A DNA stretch of 64,000 nt from Gnetum montanum. Lineage: Eukaryota; Plantae; Gnetophyta. Below, piece by piece: positions 1 to 11,119 of the stretch (positions within the stretch are counted from its first letter, which is position 1; each line of letters begins with the position of its first letter). The DNA lies in contig MNCI01002384.1 of the NCBI GenBank assembly GCA_015680685.1, positions 189,498 to 253,497 of the forward strand. Direction: 5' to 3'. The notes under the pieces are model-generated. The model ran no database searches. It had not been told where the DNA came from and was given only the letters and a program-made list of their open reading frames with translations. A program made the position numbers and the translations under genes.

Positions 1-895
1 TCCTCTTTGGACTTAACGGCTATATCGTCTACGTAATCATTTAACGTTTCTAGGATGTGGTTACTAAAAATGTACGTCATGGCTCACTAGTATGTTGCCC
101 CAGCATTCTTGAGGCCAAAGGGCATCATGGTATAGTAGAAGGTTCCCCATGGAGTCATGAAGGTTGTTGATAGCTGGTGTTTTGGGTTGATGCAGATTTG
201 GTTATATTCGGAGAAGCCATCCATGAAGGATAGCAAAGCATGCCTAGCCGTGGTGTCGATGAGTTGATCGATGTTCGGTAGTGGAAAGTTATCCTTGATC
301 ATTTCCTTGTTCAAATCTCAGAAATCTATACACATTCATATCCCTCTTGTTTTCTTCGAAACCACAACGATGTTGGACACCCACTCTGAATAGTCGATTG
401 CGCGGATGAAGCCTGCTCGGTATAATTTAATGATCTCCTCCTTTGTGGCTAGCACGATTTCTGGCTTGATTTTATGCACCTTTTGCTTGACTGCCTTCAT
501 GTGGTATCTATGACGATATTATGCTAAATTAACTATGGATCTAGACCTGGCATATCTTCATAGGACCATGCGAAGATGTCAATGTGTTCTTGCAAGGTTT
601 TAACTATGCCCTCATATATTTGTGTGTCTACTAGAGAGCTAAGTCTTAATGTCTTTACCTCCCTTCTTGTAGAGGTTACAGGTATCTTGACGAGTAGATC
701 CTTAGTTACATCTCCGGCCTCCAAATTTAGGACATGGACCAGGTATTTGGGCAAATCTGGGGATGTTTCTAAAGTTTCTATAGTATCGATTGTAATCGAC
801 TCCCAGTTGATCACGTCGGGGTTTAACTGTCTTGCGAGCTTTCCTTGTGGCCCTGTTAATATTAGAGGTGTGGATAGGACATGGTGGGTTTCCAT
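1..895 (-). pseudogene. pol: pol of element A, N-terminal part (reverse transcriptase), disrupted
   Basis: FAWSYEDMPGLDP, FPLPNIDQLID, LSFMDGFSEYNQI, YTMMPFGLKNAGATY, NDYVDDIAVKS; stops and frameshifts present. Confidence 0.93.
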
Positions 896-2384
896 TTCTT
901 GCTTAACCTACCATCACAAGATGAGAGCCTGGGTCAGGGTCACCAGAGATTGTGCGGAACATAAATCTACAAAGAAACATCGAGATGTGACTTGCTAAAT
1001 AAGGTGATGTAAAGATTGAGGGTTTGCTTGCTTAGGGTCCTGGCGTATCACCTAGGCACAGGGATTTAGGATAGTTGAAGACATAGACATCATTGATGTA
1101 AATTACGAAGTTGTATATGGATGCTGAACCACTAGTTTAAATGTCATTTTGTGTTGCCATATTGTGACATGCAAAGTCTTGCTATGCTAAATAATGATAA
1201 AAGAGATAGAATTGCGAGCATAAGACGTATTGGGCAGTTAATGTGGGAATGAAGGCATGAAACTGTTAGGGACTATGCTATCCTTATGTCGAGGCGCGCT
1301 AGGTGATTGCTGACACAAGAAGCATAATTACTTCGTTTGACGTCATTGCAGACTGTGACCGTTACTAGTTGAAATTGTTATCTTTGAGCCTTAGGGAATG
1401 TAATCATGCCGGGTTTGTTGGCCTAAGGTCTTTTCGGACCTTCAATCGAAAACAAACATTATCATATTATTTTTAGTTTCGAGAAGGCCAGTAACTGACT
1501 TGGAGCGTGCTGAGGTTTAAATGCTAATAGTGTCGTGATGTCGTGGTGAGCATGCTACATCGCCTGCTGCCCCCCGCCTTAATCAGAGAGAGAGAAAAGA
1601 AGTTTCTCCATTTTGCTATTACTGCCATAAATAGGGGTTGAATCCTGGTAATTTCGCTATTTTTGCTCTAGAAGCACATAATCGTTGTCGGAGAACTTTC
1701 GCGATTTCAGGGCATGGAGTCACAGTGTGAATCCATATCGAGGCAAATTTCTAAGGTAAAGGTTGTAAATCTACTAGCAGGGCTATGGCTCCCAAGACTC
1801 AGTTGGTGCTCGTGAAGGTCGGGGAGGTGAAGCAGTCCTTCAGATGTGGGCCACGAGCATGCGTTTCAGCGCGGGAGGGCACACTATTGACCTAGTGAGT
1901 TTTATACGTCTCTTCCATTCCTTTCTCCTTGCACCTTCTACCCTCTTCTGCTCTTGTTTTATGTCTCATTTATTTTGCTACTGGTATTTTCTGTGGCTGC
2001 ATCATTTTGGCTTTGGTGCTGTCGTAGTCTTGCTTTCTTTCGGTCATCACTATTGTGCAAGGGTCTCGTTATGGTTACATGCAAGGCCATTACTTCCATG
2101 GCTGTGAGACCAAGGTCCTTTTAAACTGCTGAACTGTGAAACCTTTGGGAGGGGGTTTAGTTACGTATGACATAGGCACGTGTTCTGTTTGGGTCTAATA
2201 TCAGTTATCTTATTGCTACACCAAGTTACTTACATGTTCTTGCTACGCTAGGATTTTTCATCTTTGTTGTGCTATGATGAACAAGGATCATGTTATGCTT
2301 CACTTATGGTTGGCTAGGCGTTGCTATGTTGCACACGTATTATGTTCATATTTGATGTCACTGTCTGCTATTTTCGTTATGTAG

Positions 2385-5300
2385 GGTAGGGCCAAGGTCT
2401 AGATTGATCGTTTTGGATCTAGAAGGACTCTTGTGTCATGTAGGCGGGCCTATGGCCAACGTTCCCCCTCCTTCGATATGTTTGGGAGGTCGAGCGATTT
2501 GGTTTAGGGATGGGACACAAGACTTCCTGCAATTCCTCCTCAGCTAGTTTAGTCTCATGGTTTGGTCCTCCTCGGATGAGGCATGGGCATCCAGTATGAT
2601 AGAGGCTTTGCTGCCAAGGGCAAATCGGGGCATCCTGAGATATCTTTTTGATGACACGACTTCAGGCAGGTTGGGAGGAGGGTCTTCCCCACACTCCATA
2701 GGGTTGAGGTGCTTGGCCTAGATTTGGGACATGCCAGAATACCAGTGTTATCATCCCTTCAACACGTTGTACCTCGCGCGCCATATGGCGACGTATTTTC
2801 TGAACCCACAGGGGACTATTTACTGTGTTGGCAGGTGAGTTCACATCTTTATTTTGATGTGTGACATTGGCTATGCTCGGCTGAGTGTTAATAGCGTGCA
2901 CTTGTCATCAGGTACTATCTTAATGACGATGGGGTTCATGATCAGCCAGATGAATTGGCCACGGCACAACTAACCCTACAGGAATTTGCCTCTGCCAAGA
3001 GCTTGCGAGCGGGCGTGATTGCTTTTTGTGGGGAAGGATACCATTCCCACCTACACATGCTCACCTCTTTCTACAATAATATTAGGATGAAAGGTTGGCT
3101 AGACAAGGAGTGGAGGGAACCTTGTAAGCAAGTTATGCTTGAAATAGTCTTAGTGGCTAAACTCCCACTATTCCCCTCACTGTATAGGCCTGGTGGGTTA
3201 ATAAGTGGGTGTCATTTTTTGTTTTTAAGGTATGCTTTGTGATTATTTCCACAAGAGCGAAGAAGCCTCGTGAAGTGATAGTGGTGACTACCATAAGGCA
3301 AGGGGGAAACATCTACTTCAAATACGGTGAGGTATCAGCAAGCTAGAGTTTGTTGGAACGAGAGGCTCTAGGCCCCTTACTCAGAAGAATCCAGATGGCC
3401 GAGCTTATGGATTTGTTTATGGCACCGAATCCAGGCGTTCCTACATCCGAGATGCTTTCCATGGTCAATTCCTTTTCTAGGTAGGCGATTCGCTTTCGCA
3501 CATACGTGCAAGGTGTGTGGATGGTCATTGACATCAATGACCAACTATTTACAGATTTTTTTGGCATTCCTAATGATGGCGCCAATGTGATGTTGAAGGG
3601 CAAGCAGAAGTTGATGCTCCATAAGTAGCATATTGAGGAGTGGCTGAGGCTCACCAAAAAGTGGAAAGGGTTCCCTATGGAAAAGCTTAAGGACGGTCCT
3701 GCCATGGGGATATACTTGGTCTTTCATGCTCGTGCATTCCCTCAACTGCTCACCCAAGGAAAGGTCTTGGGGCTTGAGTAGGCTTGGGTAATGCAGGAAG
3801 TCATGGAGGAAGGGGCCCATTATAACTAGGCCAAATTCCTGTGTAACAGCTTGCAGGCTGAGATTTTGGGGCTCCGTGAGCAAACGGAGTCCCATTCTAA
3901 CATACACTACACCTTCTACATTGGTTGTTTAAAGCGATTTTTGGAGTTCCTGGTGGTCCAGGAGGATGGGGTCTGGTCCAAGCTGGATCGTGACCAGATC
4001 CCCAAGCCATGGATTCGACAGGTCTTTCGGACCATGCAAGCGCAGGCTCCCTCAAAGGTGGTCGGAGATTCATTTTCTGTAACAACTAAAGGTCTGATGG
4101 TTCGTAGCGCTTGTGGCCAAGACAGCATAAGGGAGACTTCCCCTACCATACTCGGCAATGTGACCCAGGGTGATCGTCTTATGGCTGAGGCCGTTCTTGA
4201 CAAGCTATGGAGAAAGAGATCTCCCCCTGCTAGGTAGAGCCCTCATGAAGATGAGCGACGACTGTGGTTCAAGTTGCGGCGAATGCCACACCCCATTGGT
4301 GAGCGTTTAGAATGCCAACTATTTCATGCTTAGCTAAGTGGTGCTTTGTGGCATGGTATCAATTTTGAGTTAATCAACTTTGATTTATTGTGTGTATACC
4401 CTTTGGGAACAATAGAAGAAGAAGGCGAAGAAGAAGGTGACAAGGAAGTGTCGGCCCTCAGATCGAGGGTGACAAATAAAGACACAGGGGGCCCAGCTTT
4501 GGAAGAGAGGGCCCTGACTAGGGATACTGGGGCTCTTGTCTCTGGGGTAGGGGCTTTTGTCATTATGGAGCCTCTTCCTACCAACGAAGAGGTATCTTCC
4601 CAAAATAAAAAAGGCGTTCCCCTCCTAAAAGGAAAAGCACCAGTGGTTGAGGTAGGAGTTCCTATGGTCCTGGTTGGGCCTTCTATAGAACCTACCACAA
4701 TTGTCTTGCACCAGCATGATGCAAGAAAACAGCCGAATGCTGGTGAGTTTAGGCTTTGGATGTACCCTACCGTAGTCCACTTTGGCTGTTGCTGTCATGC
4801 TAAATTATGTAACAGGTGCTACCGTTGATGTATCAGGACCTTCTCTACCCCGAACGTAGTCATGGGCTGAAATTCCTGACAAGTTTACATTTGTTCAGGG
4901 GCTTGATGATGACATGATCAAACACCTTCAACAGGCGGATCCTCATGTGGGTGAGTAGGAGTGTTGACAGCCCCTATGCTGCTATGCTACAACTCTGGAA
5001 CATATTGATTTATGTTATGTTGACATGATTGCTATACTTTCTATAGCTTCTCGACTCAAATGGGACCTGGCTCAACCTATGGAAATTGACACGGTGCCCA
5101 CACTCTCATCCGACATGACTGAAGTGTCTCATCATGTATTTGAAGAGGCCTACAAATGCATCTTACACTTGGCACGCTTCCTACGGGAATGTAGACGTAC
5201 CAACGAGGAATTGTGGAAATGGACCCATAGGAGCGAGCAGAGAGAGACGGAACTGGCTACCGAGGTGGAGAACCTCAAGTCGAGGATTGATTTTCTCGTA

Positions 5301-6125
5301 AACTGTAGTCTCGACCCTATGGAGTCACAAAGGGCTATGGTCGATCACGCCAGATTTTGGACTGTTGTCTGTTAGAACATAGAATCCACCTGCAAAATAG
5401 TCGAACAATAGATGTAGATGAATTTGCTGGCCCAGAAGTGCCAAGATATGAAGGACATCAGTGCCAAGATCTTCGAATGGGGGAAGGCCCAGAGGGACCA
5501 CAAGTATACATACAAGCAAGAAAAAGAAACCCATCAAAGGCTGTATAAAGATGCTGCTGTGGAGGCATTCTCATATGAGGTGTTTGTGAAGTCCATCGGC
5601 GCTTCTGAGGCTTATGCCAAATTTAAAGAACAGGTGCAGGTCACGGAGTCTCCAGATTTGGAGGTGACCCTTCCTACAGGGGAGACCGCCACCACCTCCC
5701 TTTCCCTGGGGCCTCTAAGATGGACAACTTTGGAAAGGGAGATACGAATGCTGAACCTAATGACAGGCCTTGGATGAATATCTCAATGGAGGAGATTGAG
5801 CATCATCTCAGGCTTGGTCTAGACCAGATACCCCTTGTGACGAACGTAGGCTCCCCTCAGGTTAGTCACTTTGATGCTTTGCTATAGCTGTCATTTATCG
5901 CATTTGTTGCCCATACTAACTACTTTATCCTTTTGGGTGTAGGCTCTTAACGAGAATGTGAGGCCCGTGGAGGGAAGGAATGAGGTGTCGATGGGGGGCA
6001 ATATGGGAGCAGATGTTGTGCGAGTGGATGAGGTAGAGACAAACGACAAAGGCAATGCGAATAGGGATAGCTTGTGAGAGCATGAGGACAGACTCCCCCT
6101 CTCTTTTTTTCGGACGAGTTTATAG
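2385..6125 (+). pseudogene. Spliced antisense accessory gene of element A: FCP1/NIF-like HAD domain + Transposase_32-like domain + coiled-coil
   Basis: Exon 2385-2834 (AG..GT) translates LIVLDLEGLL...WFRDGTQDFLQFLL..FSLMVWSS...NTLYL...NP. Later exons are homologous to those in B and E (LMDLF, FTDFFGIPNDG, RAFPQLLTQG, WAEIPDKFTF). Several TAG stops. The 3' end is approximate. Confidence 0.8.
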
Positions 6126-6164
6126 ACACTACTAATAGGTGAAAAATTTTGACAGAAATGCAAG

Positions 6165-6365
6165 ACTCTAGAACAGAAAACCGGTTTCATGTTATTATGT
6201 GTGTTATGTGAAGTTTTTGTACTCTGGTATGCTAGTTTCAGGCCATTTCGGGCCGTTTGTTAGTTTTAGGCCATTTAGGGCCATTTGCGTAATGAATAAA
6301 GCAAAGGTGATAATGCTAGTTTTAAGCCTTTTTAGGCTGTTTGTTAGTTTTAGGCCATTTCGGGC
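6165..6365 (-). repeat. Short GGCCTAAAACTA-type repeat cluster just after the protease of A
   Basis: Repeated tagttttaggccatttcgggc on the plus strand. Confidence 0.7.
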
Positions 6366-6576
6366 TGTTTGCGTGTTGTGCCGAAAAGATGACACCTTGG
6401 TGGGCTAAGTAGGAAGTGAATATGTGAGGATGGCGACTGGGTGAGAGGTCGCAAGGCTGCTATGCTATGCGTAGCTATCTCCTGACCTTTCGTGGGTTGA
6501 TAGGGATGTAAGGTCGAGGCATTTTGCCAGGGCCTTCGCTTGTGCTACTGTCCTCCGCTTGAAAGGGCAACACCAC

Positions 6577-7302
6577 CTAGACGTTTTCTACCTGGGGGTC
6601 GCTTTGTTGGGCCGATCCCTTCACTGTATGGTTAGTGCATGCATAAACAGGCACTTCATCTTTAGAGGTTATAACCTCTAAACCTTGCTCTATGTTCAGG
6701 TTACTAATTGCTTGCATTACCACCCCATCGCCATGGATTATCACCTCTCTACCCTCGTATGATAAGTGGATTTCCTGGTGTATAGGCGAGGAAATTGTCC
6801 CATTTTGTGCTAACCATGATCTTCCCAAGATTAGGTTAAACCTGGGCATTTCTTGGACTACGATGAATGTTGCATTTGTGGGGAGCTCATTCCTTGCTAC
6901 GAAGTTTACATGAACTATGCCTTTTACTAGGATAGGTGCCCCGTTGAAGGACTGTAGGCACGATGTCGCTATTGGTTTGATCTGGTCGACCAACCCCAGT
7001 TTCTCTATGATAGGCAAAGAGATGATGTTTGTGGCTACTCCATCATCAACATGCACCCTTCGGATTCAGTACTGATTGACCCAAATTATGATGAAGAGAG
7101 GCGTCGTAGTCACTTGGCCCTTTTCAAGATCTTCCTTAAGGGCTTTGTTGCTAAAAGTTAGTGGAGGTGCGGATTCCATGGGTACGAAGGTGAGTATGAC
7201 TGAGTGGATTGTTTTCTCATCTGCCTGCATGTTTTCATCGATCAGGATTGCTGTTAACATGTGGACTAGAGCCTTGTAGTGAGGGGAAGATACCATGACC
7301 AA
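6577..7302 (-). pseudogene. Aspartic protease region of element A
   Basis: RVHVDDGVATNII ... FNLILGRSWL ... SPIHQEIHL; homologous to B 18282-19145. Confidence 0.85.
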
Positions 7303-7508
7303 GTCATATAAGCTTATCGTGGTATTTTTCTACCTTAGGGTTTGCCCAACCTAGGTTAGGGCATTCAAGAAGTCTTGGCCACTTGTCTGTTTGGCACCCT
7401 CCTCCTCAATTTGTCCTAGAAGATGAATCTCTTGAGGGGAGATGGCCCCAGACCCAGGTTCAAATTTTCATTAACAGGATTTCATAGGTTGTGTGCTTGC
7501 ATTGACCT

Positions 7509-10268
7509 TCATCCTTGGTGACAAAGGTTAAATTTAAAGGGAAAAGGTGTAGTTTTAGAGATTTTTTTGATGGTATTTCTCTTCGGCACCTCGCCCGTCA
7601 GGTAGGTTTCTCGCATTGTAGGGAGAGGAAGTTGTTTAATGTTGTTGAGGGAGGTTGTTGAAGACGTTGGACTCCTAATGATGAATGGAGCCAGAGGTGT
7701 TAGCGGACGGGGTTGCACGACCCCGCCAATGGGTGGTGCAGAGGTAGATGCTCTTGGTAGGACTTTCAGGTTGAAGGGCGATTGCAGACTTGGACCGTTC
7801 ATTGGTGGCATGGGCGTACTATGCTGAGACACGTGAATCACAAATGGTTGGAAGGATGGCATGGGATCATTGTCAATACCTATGGCATTAATTACGTAAC
7901 TAGCGTTGTTGGGGTTGAGGGGGTCACTATAGATGTACATGGATTGGTTTTCAGGACTTACTAGGCTACTTTCATCTAGCACCAAATGCCCTAGGTCAAT
8001 CAATCTTTGGATGTCATCTTGCAACGATAGACAATAATATGTGGTATGACCACATAGTTGATGGTAGTCACAAAACCTATCTAGTCTAAAACCTTTAGGG
8101 ATTGGAGGTTCGTTGGGTAGGGCTAAAGAGGGATTTCTAAGGAGCTCGCAGTAGCGTCGATGCCTCATGTTTGCTTCTTCTGACATCCTTTTATGTTGAA
8201 TGTATCCTGCTGCTAGCAGTTGCTTCAGGAGTTTTGAATGTTTGAGCGGCAGCGGAGTATATTTTGAATGATCTTTACATTTGAAATTAGGTTTAGTGTA
8301 TGTTGATATCTCAAGTGCGGGGGTGGCAGGTTGTAATGCTTGGCCTGGCTTAGGCCCTGAGTTGGCTGTAGGTATGGTCAATTTCTTGTTATTCTTGTTT
8401 CCACTATTGTTGTGCTTGGGCTTAGCCTCAACTGCCATGGTGGCCACCATGGTCGTTGGGGCCTTACCTTTATCCTTCTTTGCAAAACTATTCCTATAAG
8501 TGACATAAGCTGGGTCTTTACTCACCTCGGCTGTGTCTTGTATGCTTTTCGTTTGAGCAAAATCTTGACTAAGTGAGCGTGGAGCAAGGTAATATAGTTT
8601 TGACTTGATGAAGTCATTCACTGCACCTTTAAAGATAGCTAATAAATGAGCCTCCGCGATAGGTTCACGGATTTCATTAAGGGTTGCGCTCCATCGTTCA
8701 ATGAATTTTTGGACTGTTTCTAGTGGGTCTTGCTTCACACTCATCAGCTGATCCAGTGTGGTTTCTGGCTTCAAGTTATACTTGAACCGTGTTACAAACT
8801 GAGTCAAGAGTTCTTCCAAAGTTGAAATGGATGAACGTGGCAACGTGCAATACCAATTTAGGGCTTTCCCGGCTAGGGACATGGCGAAGACATGAATGAT
8901 CATATGCAGCCATTGTTGCAACAACAAAGACTCTGACTGAAATGTGATGAGATGTGTGTTGGGATCTCCTTCTCCATCGTACTTCATGAAGTATGGGAGG
9001 GACATCTCGGGTGGTAATATCAAGGCAGGGATTGCAGGGTTGACAGGGTTGTCTTGGTAAAAGTCCATGACTCGTACCGTATCGGACCCAACAGCTTTGA
9101 GGCATTTTACTTCCTCAGTTAGGGTTTGAATAAGCTGAAATGCTTGGTCCAGACCTAGGGATGTTGTAGATGGCTAAGAGACTGCAAAGGCAACCCCCAC
9201 AGGTGGCATGGTAACAGTGACAATTTAACCCATCGGTTGTGCCGTTGGGGCTACCCCTGCTAAAGGTGTTGTTTGCATTGTCCACCATCTGGTGGGTGGT
9301 ATCATCGGAGTGGTAATAGTGGGTTGAGCTACTGGGTAGGCTACTTGGACCACCAATGGGACCCCCCATGGCCCCGCGCTAGGTTATGCCATTTGGGGGG
9401 TCGAGTAGACCTGAGGGAGAGTGTAATGAGACATCTGTGACGGTTGTGGAATAGACGAGGAAGCGAACGGAGGCCATCATGTGGATGGGCCTGGGCCCAT
9501 CATAGTGGGTGGGATGGTTGCATATGTAGAAATTGGTATGGGAGTTAGGTGTAGTTGTAGAGTAGGTACGGTGTGGACATGCGGTAGAGTAGCCATGATA
9601 GGTGTGTTGCGTGTTGTGGTAGTGTGTTGATAAATGGATTGCGATGGCACAGTTGCTATGGGTGCAATCAGGCGATAGGGGTGATGAGGTGTTGGGAACA
9701 TAGCATGGCTACCCATTGCAGTTGCAGTTGCAGATTGCTAAAGCATAGACGCGATGGCGAATAGGGTGGCGATAGGCAACGGGTTGGCCTAGAAGGACTG
9801 GGTAGGCGGGACAGGAATGGGGTTGGCTGGGCCTCCCTCGTTAGATTGGGAGTCGAGTTCCTCCTATCCATCCTGAAAGGCATCATCTTGGTTGGATGCT
9901 GTGTCTTGTTGCTCCCTAAGCCTTGTCAACTGGATTAATTGATCTAGCAGCCTTTGGTTTGCTTGTGTCAAAGGCAGGGAAATACCCTGGTTAGGAACGA
10001 ATTCCTCCCCATTGCAGTAAGCAAACTCAAAGCTACGTTTTTCTTTGAGTTCATGTAAATATAAGGGTAGGTTAGCCTACACCTTCATGCAAAGGACATT
10101 ATAATTCTTTTGTTGCTGGGCTAGGCCCTTAGGTCCTCAGTTTTGGATCCTGAGAGACCAACGTGCTTCTGGTGTTGGATTCAATTGTTGTTCAGCACCA
10201 GTAGTGCCTCGGGCTGCGAAGGGCACCTCCATGTTGGAAATATCAACAGCAGTGAAGGATGAAGTCAT
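7509..10268 (-). pseudogene. gag: gag of element A
   Basis: KYDGEGDPNTHL..F, FAMSLAGKALNWY..LP..SI, retrotransposon-gag core; CDYHQLCGHTTYYC (CX2HX4HX4C knuckle). The 5' part is disrupted and the start is approximate. Confidence 0.88.
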
Positions 10269-10369
10269 TGTTAAGTAAGTGATTATGTGAAAATGCTAGA
10301 AATATTATGCAAAAATGGTGGAAAATGCAGAAGAACAAAAGGATTAAAAAAAATGAACACGGGTGGCTT

Positions 10370-11000
10370 TTCATCTTGCAGGATCCCGAAGGGACCGTCG
10401 AGGCGACCAACCTATGCCACACAAGATGGAAATAATCTCAAAGGGTGTTGTGTTTTTGCCTGTGCTGGCTACGGTGTAGGGTGCATGTCAGACTACTATA
10501 GAAGGAGCAAGTTAAATCACCATCAGAAGGCCTATTATCTCGTAGGATCCCAGAGGAACCGTCGAGGCGACCGATCCACATTGCACGATGCGCAAACAAC
10601 CACAAAGGGTGTCGAGTTTATGCTAATGCAAGTTGGGGTGTGGAAGGCATACGAGACTACCATAAGATGAGCAAAATAACTAGCAACCAAGTAAGTTTCA
10701 TGTCTCGTAGGATCCCAGAGGGATCATCGAGGTGACCAGTCTATGCCACACGGAATGAGGTACAGAATGTAGGTGAGACAACCATAGGATGGGCAAGTTA
10801 ACTAGCAATCAGGCAGGTTTTATGTCCCGCAGTGTCCCGAAGGGACCGTCCAAGCGACCGATCTACACCACCTAGGGCAAGGTGTAGTACACATGTAAGA
10901 TGACCATAGAATGAGCTAGTTAACTAGCGATCGGAGGCCTTGTGTTCGATGGGGCTCTGGAGGAACTGTCGGGGTGACCGATCTACGTCGCACAGAACGC
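10370..11000 (-). repeat. Five-copy ~120-165 bp tandem repeat in the 5' UTR of A
   Basis: Core GGTCGCCTCGACGGTCCCTTCGGGATCC recurs near 10380, 10545, 10710, 10833 and 10950. Confidence 0.85.
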
Positions 11001-11096
11001 AAACAACTGCAAGAGGGTGTCGCATCTACGCTCATGTGTATCAGGGCACAGAAGGCTCATAGAACTACCGTGACACATGACAAAGGAACCAAAAGT

Positions 11097-11113
11097 CCCT
11101 CCTTCTAGCACCA
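11097..11113 (-). promoter_or_regulatory. Primer-binding site (tRNA-Asn) of element A
   Basis: TGGTGCTAGAAGGAGGG, 6 nt after the LTR end; complementary (1 mismatch) to the recalled plant tRNA-Asn(GUU) 3' end CCCUCCUUCUAGCGCCA. Confidence 0.85.
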
Positions 11114-11119
11114 GAAAAC

